From the IMG/VR virus record IMGVR_UViG_3300033149_004108, positions 1-53,959 of that record: a stretch of DNA of 53,959 bases; one strand, written 5' to 3'. A model generated the notes under the pieces. That model had not been told where the DNA came from, searched no databases, and saw only the letters and a list, made by a program, of their open reading frames with translations. This DNA is from a virus (taxonomy: Duplodnaviria > Caudoviricetes). The position numbers and the translations under genes were made by a program. How positions within the stretch are numbered: the stretch's first letter is position 1; every line of letters begins with the position of its first letter. Below are positions 8,465 through 18,042 of the stretch, piece after piece.

Positions 8465-9472
8465 ATGCCACTACCGACATATAGCGATGTGCATGTGAAT
8501 GTGCCGCTGACCAACATCGCTGAATCGTGGCTGGTCCGCGAAGACCAGTACATCGCAACCCGCGTCTTCCCCGTGGTGCCGGTTCAGCAAGCCAGCGGTA
8601 AGGTTGTGCGGTACTGCCGCAAGGACTTCTTCAACGCCGAGATTGTGCGGCCGCGTGCACCTGGTGCGAAGAGCCAGGGCACTGGCTTCCACGTGGACAC
8701 CGATACCACCTATAACTGCATGAACTATGCGCATAGGTGGGAGTTGCCCGATAGGATTCGCCAGGCTGCTACCAGCCCAATCAATCTTGAGCGGACTGGC
8801 GTCGGCATCATCATGCAGCGCCTGAAACTCAAGATGGAGATTCTGTTCGCGCAGGCTGCATTCCAAACCGGCATATGGGGGTCGCAGGTAACTGTTGGTC
8901 TGCCGTGGAACAACGCGAATGCCACTCCGATTACCGATGTTCGGGATGCCAAGTTGCGCATGGCGTTGGCGACCGGCTTCGAGCCGAATACCTTGGTGGT
9001 GAATACGCAGGTCTTCGAGTATCTGCGTACGCACCCGACAATTACGGCGGTATACCGGAACAACGCCGAGCCTCAGCCGAACCTCTCTGCTTCGCAGGTG
9101 GCGGCGGTGTTGGACATCGAGCGGTTGCTCGTTGGCCGCGCCGTCTATGACGCCGGGCCGATGCAGGGGCAGTGGGAAGGAAACTTCGTGTTCGGCAACC
9201 ACGCGTTGCTATGCTACACCACGTCCGCCCCGTCCTTGCAGGAGCCAAGCGCGGGCTATGTTCTCGGATATGTTGGCGGTTCTTCATCTGGTACTGTCGT
9301 GAAGATTTCGCAGTACCGTGGTGAAGAAGACACCAACAAGGACATCTTCGTCGGCGAGTTTGACATTGATACGAAGGTCGTTGAGCCTGACCTTGGCGTG
9401 TTCTTCCCGAATGTCATCAGCGGCGACGATGTTCTGACCGAGGTAGTCATGGATGTTGACATCTGCGAGTAG
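8465..9472 (+). CDS. Major capsid protein (HK97 fold)
   Basis: 335 aa; VHVNVPLTNIA, IATRVFPVVPV, PNTLVV, PSAGY; strong AAGGAGGT RBS; synteny. Confidence 0.85.
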   Translation: MPLPTYSDVHVNVPLTNIAESWLVREDQYIATRVFPVVPVQQASGKVVRYCRKDFFNAEIVRPRAPGAKSQGTGFHVDTDTTYNCMNYAHRWELPDRIRQAATSPINLERTGVGIIMQRLKLKMEILFAQAAFQTGIWGSQVTVGLPWNNANATPITDVRDAKLRMALATGFEPNTLVVNTQVFEYLRTHPTITAVYRNNAEPQPNLSASQVAAVLDIERLLVGRAVYDAGPMQGQWEGNFVFGNHALLCYTTSAPSLQEPSAGYVLGYVGGSSSGTVVKISQYRGEEDTNKDIFVGEFDIDTKVVEPDLGVFFPNVISGDDVLTEVVMDVDICE

Positions 9473-9586
9473 GGGGTGATACGCTAGCACTACAAGGGGG
9501 GCTGGTAATGGTGCCACCGCTGGTCTGAGCGCCCCCGGCCCCCCTTCTTCAACACAACTCGAAAAACATAGGTGAGGAGAGACACG

Positions 9587-10012
9587 ATGCCATGGTGTGT
9601 TGTGTGTCGCGACAAGATTTACCTAATGGTGGACGGGGTTCAACAGAAGTTCGAGAGGGGCGAACTCGTGCGTCTTGCACCACGCGATCCCTTGATTGTC
9701 GCAGAGGATGTTGAACCTCTCTCTGATGCCGACCTTGAGGAATGCGTTACTTGTGTGTGCGGTAGGCGGTTCTATGGCACCTCAGTAGCGCATTTCGCAT
9801 TTGACGGGCACAAGCCCGCAGGTTCTCAGGCCGCATTAGAGCAAGACGAGGAGCAGGCAGAGGAGATAGAGCTGGAGCAAGAGGAGGAGCAAGCGGAACA
9901 GGTAGCACTAGAGCAAAAGGAACAGGTAGTCGAAGGTGAGGCCCAGGCCGAAGCAAGCGAAGAGACCGATGCAATGCCAAAGCGACGCGGTAGGAAGAAG
10001 GTCGCGGCATGA
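9587..10012 (+). CDS. Hypothetical protein with acidic E/Q repeats and a basic tail
   Basis: GAGGAG RBS; CxxC/CxC motifs; LEQ.EEQAE repeats; typical position after the capsid gene. Confidence 0.6.
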   Translation: MPWCVVCRDKIYLMVDGVQQKFERGELVRLAPRDPLIVAEDVEPLSDADLEECVTCVCGRRFYGTSVAHFAFDGHKPAGSQAALEQDEEQAEEIELEQEEEQAEQVALEQKEQVVEGEAQAEASEETDAMPKRRGRKKVAA

Positions 10013-10392
10013 CCGATGTCGAATGGATACGCCTCTACATTGGTGATTCTGGCGACGCCGAGGTCTTCACGGACGCCGAGATTCAGCAAGTATTGACCGA
10101 TGCCAACGGCAACAAGTGGCTAGCGTCGGCATGGCTGCTGCAAATCTGGGCGCAGAACCTTGGTAAGAATCCGAAGTTCACCATTGGGCGTTTCTCTGAG
10201 GACTTCACGGCGGCGGCGGAGTTCCTGATGGAACGAGCGCGTGAGATTCTGAATGGCCCCCATGTTAGCGCCACTGGCGTCTATGTTGGCGGCATTAGCG
10301 AGGTAGATAAGCAAACTAAGGAGGCAGACTCGGACAGAGTATCGCCAGCGTTCAAGCGGGGTATGTTTGATAACCCAAACTCTGGATGGTGA
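10009..10392 (+). CDS. Head-tail adaptor
   Basis: IRLYIGD....FTDAEIQQVL pattern; synteny. Confidence 0.7.
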   Translation: MTDVEWIRLYIGDSGDAEVFTDAEIQQVLTDANGNKWLASAWLLQIWAQNLGKNPKFTIGRFSEDFTAAAEFLMERAREILNGPHVSATGVYVGGISEVDKQTKEADSDRVSPAFKRGMFDNPNSGW

Positions 10393-10398
10393 TACACG

Positions 10399-10767
10399 GT
10401 GAGAACCGACCCCCTAGACTACATGTTCGTTCAGAGCGCTGATGTGTATCACCTTGACCAGTCAGAGGAGACAGACGGGCAGTTGGTTGAGGGTTACCCG
10501 GACACACCAGATATTGATGACCTAGCGTGTCTCATCGGCGACACGGACATCATGTATCTGGAATCTGACGCTGGCGTAATCACTCAGATGACAGCGCTGA
10601 TGTACTGCAAGGGAGACGCAGACATTCAAGTGCGTGATAGGATTGAGGTGGATGGCAAAACCTACTATGTTGCAGGTCAGCCACGCAAGATAATCAATCC
10701 GTGGCTTGCTGGGCACAAGAGCCCTTGGGTGCTCGAAGTTGAACTGCAACGCGAGATTCCAGGATGA
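10399..10767 (+). CDS. Head closure/head-tail joining protein
   Basis: ADIQVRDRIEVDGKTYYV pattern; synteny. Confidence 0.65.
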   Translation: MRTDPLDYMFVQSADVYHLDQSEETDGQLVEGYPDTPDIDDLACLIGDTDIMYLESDAGVITQMTALMYCKGDADIQVRDRIEVDGKTYYVAGQPRKIINPWLAGHKSPWVLEVELQREIPG

Positions 10768-11411
10768 CAGCACCAGTTGCGCTACAGATAAAGATGGAAG
10801 TGCGCAACATGCGACAGGTAACTCGCCTTGCTCGCATGATGCCGGATGCCGTCAATGCCAGGATGATACGCTTGGTTGGCAAATATGGCAGACGTGTTGA
10901 GCGTGATGCCAAGCGTGCAGCGCCAGTGAATACTGGTCAACTGAAATCGAGCATCAATACCATCCTGGAAGTGGGGCGATACGATATACGAGCGAGGGTT
11001 GGAACTGATGTAGAGCATGGATGGTATCAGGAGTACGGTACTGGTCTGCATGGTCCGCGCAAGAGAAGGTATCCAATTGTTCCGAAGCGGGCAAAGGTGC
11101 TTGCGATTCCCATTCGCGCTGGCAGAACAAAGGCCGGGAAGGTTAAGTACCTACGCATCACGAAGCGTGGACGCGTTTCTACCACAACGCGATATGAGCG
11201 CGCACAAAAGATATTCAGGAAGTCTGTGATGCATCCTGGTGTTGCGCCGAGGCCATTCTTGCGTCCTGCTTTCTGGAAGAATGTGCGCGGCTTCCGAAGG
11301 GAATTGTCGCAAATCATTGCTCGCTTCTGGTCTCGGCGGATGCGTGCATATGAGAGAGTCGTCGAACCTGCCGGAGAGAAGCGACGGTTTGCGCGCAGGT
11401 TCAGAGCGTAG
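10764..11411 (+). CDS. HK97 gp10-like tail component
   Basis: APVNTGQLKSSI, YQEYGTG, HPGVAPRPFLRPA. Confidence 0.85.
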   Translation: MTAPVALQIKMEVRNMRQVTRLARMMPDAVNARMIRLVGKYGRRVERDAKRAAPVNTGQLKSSINTILEVGRYDIRARVGTDVEHGWYQEYGTGLHGPRKRRYPIVPKRAKVLAIPIRAGRTKAGKVKYLRITKRGRVSTTTRYERAQKIFRKSVMHPGVAPRPFLRPAFWKNVRGFRRELSQIIARFWSRRMRAYERVVEPAGEKRRFARRFRA

Positions 11412-11413
11412 CA

Positions 11414-11878
11414 ATGGCGGAAACGACTGGCTACAACAGCAAAGCGCAAGCGGCGGAGATTCTATCTGAGCTCTCCGATAGCCTTGATGCTATGGGCGTC
11501 GCCCATATCACAAGGGCGCGCATATGGCAACTGCCGTCGCGCCCTTGCGTCGTGTTGGTGGGGCCGTCAATTGAAGTGATGCCACTCAGCCTTGGCCAAG
11601 ATGAGGCAGTATACAACTGGCTGATACTGGTGGCGCGCGATATTGACGACAATGATAGGCGGGCAGATACCCTTGATGACTGGGCTGATGTCGTGATGGC
11701 GGTTATCTCCGACTTGAGTAGGACAGCGACTACCTTCCAGATGCAGGCAGGGGACGGACCGCGTAGGTTAGAGGACCATGCTCTCGCGGGGCTTCTGGAG
11801 CGAACTCCAGAGAAGATGGATGCTACTGCAATAGCATTCAATACCCGCGTGTTCATACAACCTCCGTGTTCGGAATAA
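11414..11878 (+). CDS. Putative tail terminator
   Basis: Size and position between the gp10-like and tail tube genes. Confidence 0.5.
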   Translation: MAETTGYNSKAQAAEILSELSDSLDAMGVAHITRARIWQLPSRPCVVLVGPSIEVMPLSLGQDEAVYNWLILVARDIDDNDRRADTLDDWADVVMAVISDLSRTATTFQMQAGDGPRRLEDHALAGLLERTPEKMDATAIAFNTRVFIQPPCSE

Positions 11879-11897
11879 GCAAAGTGAGGGATGTACC

Positions 11898-12761
11898 ATG
11901 AGGTCAAGTTATGCGAGAGTGATGTATGGTGTTCAGGCGAGCAAGGGTACAGAAGCAGCGTCTTACAGCGCGTTGGGCATCGTTGACCGCCCGCACACTG
12001 AGATAGACGCTGGTGTTGAGCGTCTGTACTCTGTAGGCGACCGAAATCCAATGCAACTCAGCGAAGGGCTGACGCTGGCGAATGTCGGCCTCTCGATTGT
12101 GGCATTGCAGAACTTCGACTTCCTTTCGCACGCACGAGTAGACGACACGAGCGGCGAACTCGATTGGCTGTCTATCAAATGGGGTTACACAAAGGGTTCT
12201 CACAACCTAACGGTAACCGTGATTGACTGCAAGATAGACAACTTCACGCTTCGCTGCGAGGCTGGGGGACGCGTTGAGGTTGACGCTGCTCTCATTGGCG
12301 GCAAGGTAACGAAGGTCGCTTCGTCTCCTGGTGCGATGCCAACGCTGTCAGAACAGGCATACAGGTGGTTTGAACTGCAATGGGACGAGGTGCGCGACCT
12401 GCTGTCATTCGAGATGACAGTTCGCAACAATCTCAACGCACAGCCGGTGATTGCCGGTTCTGGCACTACCAGAGACCCCGAACGCATTTGGGACTACCTC
12501 GACGAGGGCCAGAACGAAGTCGAGGGCACCTTGGCATACTTCCTGGGAGATGCCAATGTGGACCTGCAAGACTGCCTGGTGTCTGAGGCTGACCATACCC
12601 TGACCCTAGCATCCTGCTCAGATATTTCGCCGGCTCAGAGTGCTACCATCACGCTGAGCGACCTGAAATTGACGAGCGAGGACCACCAGGCGAATGTTGG
12701 CGCGAACATCGTTGTACAGACCCCGTTCATGGCCACTGACTGGCAGGTGAGCGAGTCCTAA
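11898..12761 (+). CDS. Major tail (tube) protein
   Basis: 287 aa, beta-rich; DCKIDNFTL and MTVRNNL patterns; synteny. Confidence 0.7.
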   Translation: MRSSYARVMYGVQASKGTEAASYSALGIVDRPHTEIDAGVERLYSVGDRNPMQLSEGLTLANVGLSIVALQNFDFLSHARVDDTSGELDWLSIKWGYTKGSHNLTVTVIDCKIDNFTLRCEAGGRVEVDAALIGGKVTKVASSPGAMPTLSEQAYRWFELQWDEVRDLLSFEMTVRNNLNAQPVIAGSGTTRDPERIWDYLDEGQNEVEGTLAYFLGDANVDLQDCLVSEADHTLTLASCSDISPAQSATITLSDLKLTSEDHQANVGANIVVQTPFMATDWQVSES

Positions 12762-12789
12762 GCAAACCAACAATGAGGAGGTTGGGAGA

Positions 12790-13281
12790 ATGGTAGATGA
12801 CCAGATGGACCAGCAACAGGCTACGCCGGAGGATGAAGCGGCTATCACGCCGGAAGAGGACATGAATCTTGTCGCCCTGCTCGATGCAGAACGGCCAGTG
12901 CAAAGGTTTCCGCTACCTGGCGAGGGGGGCCAACCCAGCGAGACCTATTACATTGAGGCTCGCCGGTGGACCTTCGCGCAGGAACAGAAGTACCTCATGG
13001 CCGGGATGCAACTCTCGATGCCCGTTACGGGCGGAAGAAAACGCCAGCCAGATATGGCGAACTTCAACATCAACTCGTTGGAGCAGTACCGCGTGTTGGT
13101 AGAGGAAAGCATTGTTGGCTTTCACCTGAAACGCGGTGGCAAAGATGTGCAATACACCGGCCACTCGTCAGTATGGCCCGTGTTCCGCGACCTGCCGCCC
13201 GCTGTGGCGCGATGGGTTCAGAGGACTCTACAAGAGTTCCAGGGCCTTGAGATAGTCGAGGGCGAGCAGGGGGAAGCCTAA
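12790..13281 (+). CDS. Tail assembly chaperone (G)
   Basis: Between tail tube and tape measure genes; ends CAG GGG GAA GCC TAA. Confidence 0.7.
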   Translation: MVDDQMDQQQATPEDEAAITPEEDMNLVALLDAERPVQRFPLPGEGGQPSETYYIEARRWTFAQEQKYLMAGMQLSMPVTGGRKRQPDMANFNINSLEQYRVLVEESIVGFHLKRGGKDVQYTGHSSVWPVFRDLPPAVARWVQRTLQEFQGLEIVEGEQGEA

Positions 13282-13628
13282 GAGGGCGGTTTCTCGAATT
13301 CCTGTATGACCAGGTGAGGGCCGCCCTCGCTGGCGACAAGGCGAGGCCGAGTATGGCGGTGCAGATGGTACTCGCGTACTACCGTCAGTACCGTGCAGGT
13401 TTTCTTCCGTGTGCCGGAGGTGTTGCCGACCAACCCGCGTTTCTGATGAAAGCAATCGAAGCGGCGGACAATGCGCGAGTTGACCACGAGAAACTGGAAG
13501 CGCAACAACGGGACCAGGAAATGCGCGCAACTTCCGGCTCAAGAAAACCCGCCGCTCCGGTTGTGCTCGGAAAACTGGACCCAGAGGATGTTGGCCCTGG
13601 ATGGCGCAGGAAGTTGAAGCCACTATGA
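13269..13628 (+). CDS. Tail assembly chaperone -1 frameshift extension (GT)
   Basis: GGGGGAA at 13269-13275; the -1 frame is open from there to 13628 (GSLRGRFLEFLYDQVR...LPCAGGVADQP). Confidence 0.7.
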   Translation, partial: GGSLRGRFLEFLYDQVRAALAGDKARPSMAVQMVLAYYRQYRAGFLPCAGGVADQPAFLMKAIEAADNARVDHEKLEAQQRDQEMRATSGSRKPAAPVVLGKLDPEDVGPGWRRKLKPL

Positions 13629-13643
13629 GACTGGTAGTAATTC

Positions 13644-16325
13644 ATGGAACGCCAGCGCCTTGAAGTAATCCTCAGTGCGCGAGACCAAGCCAGTGCGGTG
13701 TTGATGCGCTTTGGCGAACGAATGCTTGCCACAAGCGCGATGGCAAACCGCGCAGTCAACCGTATCAGCAGGTCCATTCGCCAGGCTGGTATGGACCTTT
13801 CGCTAATGGCCGGTAGTGCGCGGGGCCTTGGGCGAACATTCATCTGGGTTGGTACTGCTATTCGTTCGCCGTTCCTTGCCATTCTGAGCCTTGCTCAATT
13901 AGGCGTCATCTACTTCACGAAGTTTGCTCGCGCTGTTGCTGACGCCGCAATGGGCGTCGTGCGCTTTGCGATGGCGGTGGTGAGGTGGTTGGGCACTACC
14001 GTCATCAATATCATTAGTCGCGTTACACGCATGGCGACATTGATGGGGCTGGCATTCGCCGCGGCTGCCGCAATGACGGCGCGTTCTGTGTTGTCAGCGG
14101 CGGGGCAGATGGAACGGTACGAATCGCAGTTCGCAGTTCTCGTTGGCGGAATTGACAGGGCGAGGGAACACCTCGATACGCTGCTGCGCTTCGCGGCTAC
14201 GACGCCCTTCGAGATTGAAGGAGTAGTAGAGGCCAGCCTGCTTCTGGAGGCATTCAACATTCGCCTTGGAGATGTCGAGAACACTTTGCGCCTTGTTGGC
14301 GACGCGGCGATCGCGATGCATGTGCCGCTCGACCAGGTGATTCGTGTTCTGGCGAAGGCGAAGGCTGGCATCTTCACGATTCGGGAGTTTGCTCCGGTTG
14401 GTGTTACGCGTGAGAGGCTGCAACAGTACGGCGTGCAGTTCAGTGCTCGCGGGCAAGTGCTCAATCGGGCACAACTCTTCCCCGCAACTATTGCCGTACT
14501 CTCAAGGTTCTCCGGCATGATGGAACGCATGATGGGGAACCTGGAGCAACGGACTGCGAACCTTGCTGACCAGTTCTTCAGGTTGCGTTCCGCTGCTGGA
14601 GAGGGTCTGCTGGAGGGCGCGAAGGTTGGACTCGCTGCGTTGGATAGGGCTATCGGCGACCTCATTCCACGCGTCCGAGAACTCTTCAGAGCGATTGGGC
14701 AGATGTTCGGCCCTGTCGTACTCCGCCTTGCAGAGGGCATGATTGACACCTTCAAGCGAATCGTGGATGTCATTACCACGATTACTTCCAGCGGTAGGTG
14801 GCGCCGATTCGTTACTGTCATCCTGGCGATATTCCAGCTTGTGCAACGGATTATCGCCAAATGGCTGGCATGGCTACAAGAGAACTGGACAAGTGTATGG
14901 GACGCCATTGCAAGCCGGTTCTTTGTCGCCGCCCAACGCATTGTTGAGTTCGTCTATGGCATCGTGGACTCGATACGCGAGCTGTGGAACTCTCGCCAGA
15001 TGATATGGGAATGGGCAAGGGAGGTGGCGCGAGCTGCTGTGCAGGTCGGTACTGCCATCCAAGAGTTCGTCATCAATCAGGTGAACGCAATGATAGAGTG
15101 GGGGCGACAACACGGATGGAAAGGGCCTGCCCTTATCGCTGGTTATCAAGGTGCAAAATTGGGCCTCAAGATAGGCTCCAGATTCGGCCCAATTCCAGCC
15201 GGTGCTGGCTTGGTGATTGGTACTGGCGCTGGTATTGCCGCTGCTTATTATGGCCATCGCAAAGTAATGGACATAGCCGGTTCCAAGATAGAGGATTTTC
15301 GGTCAACGATTGTTGACGCTGGGCATCAGTTCCTCAACACAATCACCTCTCGCATAGGGCCGATTGGCCGCGGTGTTGAAGCTGCATTCCAGACTGGTCG
15401 AGGCCGTGGTGTCACCGCCTTCGGTCAGTTTGTCCGCACGGTTCAAGACCTAGAACAGACAGTAAAGATGGAAGCGGCCGGTCTATACATGAGACGCGTT
15501 GCCCCTGGCGTGTGGATGCTTGAACGCGCATCGGATTCCTTGGCGCGCGCCGGTCATGGTCTCGAAGAGAATGCCGACCAGATGCAGAACGTGTTGAACA
15601 TATTGGAGAATGCCGGCGAGGATCTCGGCAGTGCTAGCGATGCCCTAGAAGGGACGGCCGCAACGCTCGGCAGTGCTGCACAAGCCGCGCAGAGAATGCA
15701 CGAGGCGCTTCAGCGCGTATATGAACAACAAGCACAGGTTGGCTTGCCGGAAGATGTGCAGTTCCTCGGCTTGCTATCGCGTTGGTTTGAGGCGCAAGGC
15801 TTGCCAGGTGCAGCGAGGGTTATGCGTATTCGCCAGGCGGGTCTCATGCGCCAGTACACGCAACAACTAACAGAGCCGATGGTGGAGGCTCTGCGCCAGG
15901 GCATCATGCCGTCGCTAACCGCCTTCGAGAATGCGGTTGAGGCACAGGAACGGTTGCGTCAGTTACTAGAGGCGATTGGTGCTGGCGTTGAGGGGGCTGG
16001 GCCGCGTATTGGGCAGGGCAGGCTTACCGGCATTCCCGCTATGCAGGCGGGCCTAAGAACACTAAGCGAGTGGCTGCGCGCCGGCCATCCCCTGGCCTGG
16101 CGACCAATGCCGCCGGAACCTCCACAGTTGGCACCGTTGACGCGGGACCAGATAGAAGCACTACTTCGGGAACCGTATACTGGCGGCGTCCCGATTGTCA
16201 GCGTGAATATCAACGGGGATGTGAACGACCTTACAACCCTCAAGGCGCATGTGAATCGTGCACTTGAGGAGTTCTGGGATGAGCAGGTGAGGCTCGAAAG
16301 CGTAGACGCAGGGTGGCGACAGTGA
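13644..16325 (+). CDS. Tape measure protein
   Basis: 893 aa, Ala-rich and helical; N-terminal LSARDQAS; FAATTPFE tape-measure motif. Confidence 0.9.
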   Translation: MERQRLEVILSARDQASAVLMRFGERMLATSAMANRAVNRISRSIRQAGMDLSLMAGSARGLGRTFIWVGTAIRSPFLAILSLAQLGVIYFTKFARAVADAAMGVVRFAMAVVRWLGTTVINIISRVTRMATLMGLAFAAAAAMTARSVLSAAGQMERYESQFAVLVGGIDRAREHLDTLLRFAATTPFEIEGVVEASLLLEAFNIRLGDVENTLRLVGDAAIAMHVPLDQVIRVLAKAKAGIFTIREFAPVGVTRERLQQYGVQFSARGQVLNRAQLFPATIAVLSRFSGMMERMMGNLEQRTANLADQFFRLRSAAGEGLLEGAKVGLAALDRAIGDLIPRVRELFRAIGQMFGPVVLRLAEGMIDTFKRIVDVITTITSSGRWRRFVTVILAIFQLVQRIIAKWLAWLQENWTSVWDAIASRFFVAAQRIVEFVYGIVDSIRELWNSRQMIWEWAREVARAAVQVGTAIQEFVINQVNAMIEWGRQHGWKGPALIAGYQGAKLGLKIGSRFGPIPAGAGLVIGTGAGIAAAYYGHRKVMDIAGSKIEDFRSTIVDAGHQFLNTITSRIGPIGRGVEAAFQTGRGRGVTAFGQFVRTVQDLEQTVKMEAAGLYMRRVAPGVWMLERASDSLARAGHGLEENADQMQNVLNILENAGEDLGSASDALEGTAATLGSAAQAAQRMHEALQRVYEQQAQVGLPEDVQFLGLLSRWFEAQGLPGAARVMRIRQAGLMRQYTQQLTEPMVEALRQGIMPSLTAFENAVEAQERLRQLLEAIGAGVEGAGPRIGQGRLTGIPAMQAGLRTLSEWLRAGHPLAWRPMPPEPPQLAPLTRDQIEALLREPYTGGVPIVSVNINGDVNDLTTLKAHVNRALEEFWDEQVRLESVDAGWRQ

Positions 16326-16329
16326 TTAT

Positions 16330-18042
16330 GTGGTCGAGAGGTCTATAAGGGTGGCCGTACACGTCGCAGAGTTCAAATTACGGCCAGTTACTTGCGAGAC
16401 TAATGGGTTCAGCCCAGGTGGCTATCCATATACTGCGCCGCTTGGCGATGCTAGCATTAGCTTGAACAGTACAACAACATATATACATGACCGAGTAATT
16501 TTGCGCGTAGAGCTGGGTGTGCATTGGGACGGCGTAACATGGGATTCATATGAAAGAGTCTACATGCCCGATGGTTTGACAGCGTTCTATCAACCAGTGC
16601 CATTCAAGTTGCAGAATTGGCGTATCTCCTATGACGATGGTACTGGTGAGTGGCAGGTCATACGGAATGGGATACTACTAGCAAGTGGCATAATAGCGTC
16701 GCCGTGGCCCGCTGGGTTATTTCAATGGACGGCGGATTTGTATAACCCACCGATGGTGACCATTCCAGTAGTGGGGCTAATATGCTATCTGGAGTTTCAC
16801 GTTGACGATGTAAGATACTCTGGTGATGGTGGTAACACGTGGGACATCGAAGAAGGCTTTGCAGACTTGGACTTTTCTGCTGACCCTGCGTGGGACTCAT
16901 ATAATGTTGAGACTGGACTGGCACCCTATGCCGAGGTGCTAGCGTCGTGGGCGCAATGGGCTATAGGGCCTGTCCTGAAAGTAATTATGCGCTCGCAATG
17001 GCCTGGCATGAGGGCTGGCGCAAGGGCACAAAAAGAAATTGCATCATATGTTCAAGACGAGGAAGTTATCGGCGTTAGCATTCAACGGCTCGATACCTGC
17101 CGTTTTGCTGTTGCTAGGTCGCCGCGAGATGGTGCGGGCAGTCATAGCATCTGGATAAAGTACACCGAGGTTGATGGTGCTGGCATCGTGGACTCGTATC
17201 TGCCAACTGGATACATCCGTGGTAGTTCTGCTTCGTACATTTTCTGGCATGTTCGCCCACGATTGGCAAAGTGCGAACCGTATCTCGTATGTGCGATGAT
17301 TGTTCCGCGGTGGCAAGAAGTTGGTGGGGAACGAGTAATGCAGGATGTCGGTTCGGTTGCTATCCACCACCTCAACGACCGTGCGCTGGTCGAAATAGGC
17401 ACCATTGGCTCGCCTGGCGCGAACGATTACGCGCATGTCGAGGTGGCGGCTTTTCCTGGCAATCGCGCTCTGCTGCTGATGATACTCGACGCGCCAGGGA
17501 CCGGAGATGCATGGAAGCAATCCGTCGCAACATGGGACGCTTCGTCAGAGTGGCTTGATACGACAACGCCAGCGTCGTCAGGACTGGCAACGCCACATAT
17601 CGCAGCCGGTTGCCTTCGCTCATTGCGCGACGGCGGGTTCGCGTTTCTGATGATTGATTCATCGCAAGATGTGAAGGCATATGTGTGCGACAACATGCCA
17701 CTTGATGGCTCCGGCACCTGGTCCTTGGAGGCCACGCTGTCATGTAGCGCAGAGCAGGTATCGTTTGCTTTCTGGCCAGGCATGGCGAAGGCACTCGTCA
17801 TGGTCCTGGAGGATGTGAGCGGTACGCTGACCTGGAAGCAAACAACGCTGGAACTATCTGGCGGCACCTGGTCGTTTGGCGCGCTTGCTGTTGCTACCGG
17901 AATTGCGGCAGGGCAAGACGCGGCGGCCGAAGTATGCTCCGATATGGCTGGGGGCTTTGCGTTTGCGATGATTGACGAGAATGGGAACACGCGTATCTAC
18001 CGTTGCGATGACCCCGTTGGCTCGTGGACAGAGGTAACCTAA
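16330..18042 (+). CDS. Minor tail/baseplate protein
   Basis: Long beta- and Trp-rich ORF immediately after the tape measure gene. Confidence 0.55.
   Translation: MVERSIRVAVHVAEFKLRPVTCETNGFSPGGYPYTAPLGDASISLNSTTTYIHDRVILRVELGVHWDGVTWDSYERVYMPDGLTAFYQPVPFKLQNWRISYDDGTGEWQVIRNGILLASGIIASPWPAGLFQWTADLYNPPMVTIPVVGLICYLEFHVDDVRYSGDGGNTWDIEEGFADLDFSADPAWDSYNVETGLAPYAEVLASWAQWAIGPVLKVIMRSQWPGMRAGARAQKEIASYVQDEEVIGVSIQRLDTCRFAVARSPRDGAGSHSIWIKYTEVDGAGIVDSYLPTGYIRGSSASYIFWHVRPRLAKCEPYLVCAMIVPRWQEVGGERVMQDVGSVAIHHLNDRALVEIGTIGSPGANDYAHVEVAAFPGNRALLLMILDAPGTGDAWKQSVATWDASSEWLDTTTPASSGLATPHIAAGCLRSLRDGGFAFLMIDSSQDVKAYVCDNMPLDGSGTWSLEATLSCSAEQVSFAFWPGMAKALVMVLEDVSGTLTWKQTTLELSGGTWSFGALAVATGIAAGQDAAAEVCSDMAGGFAFAMIDENGNTRIYRCDDPVGSWTEVT

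Noticed and set aside
9494-9550. Terminator after the major capsid gene
   Set aside because: A G-run/C-run stem is present, but the loop is about 30 nt and the U tail is weak, so it is too uncertain to call.
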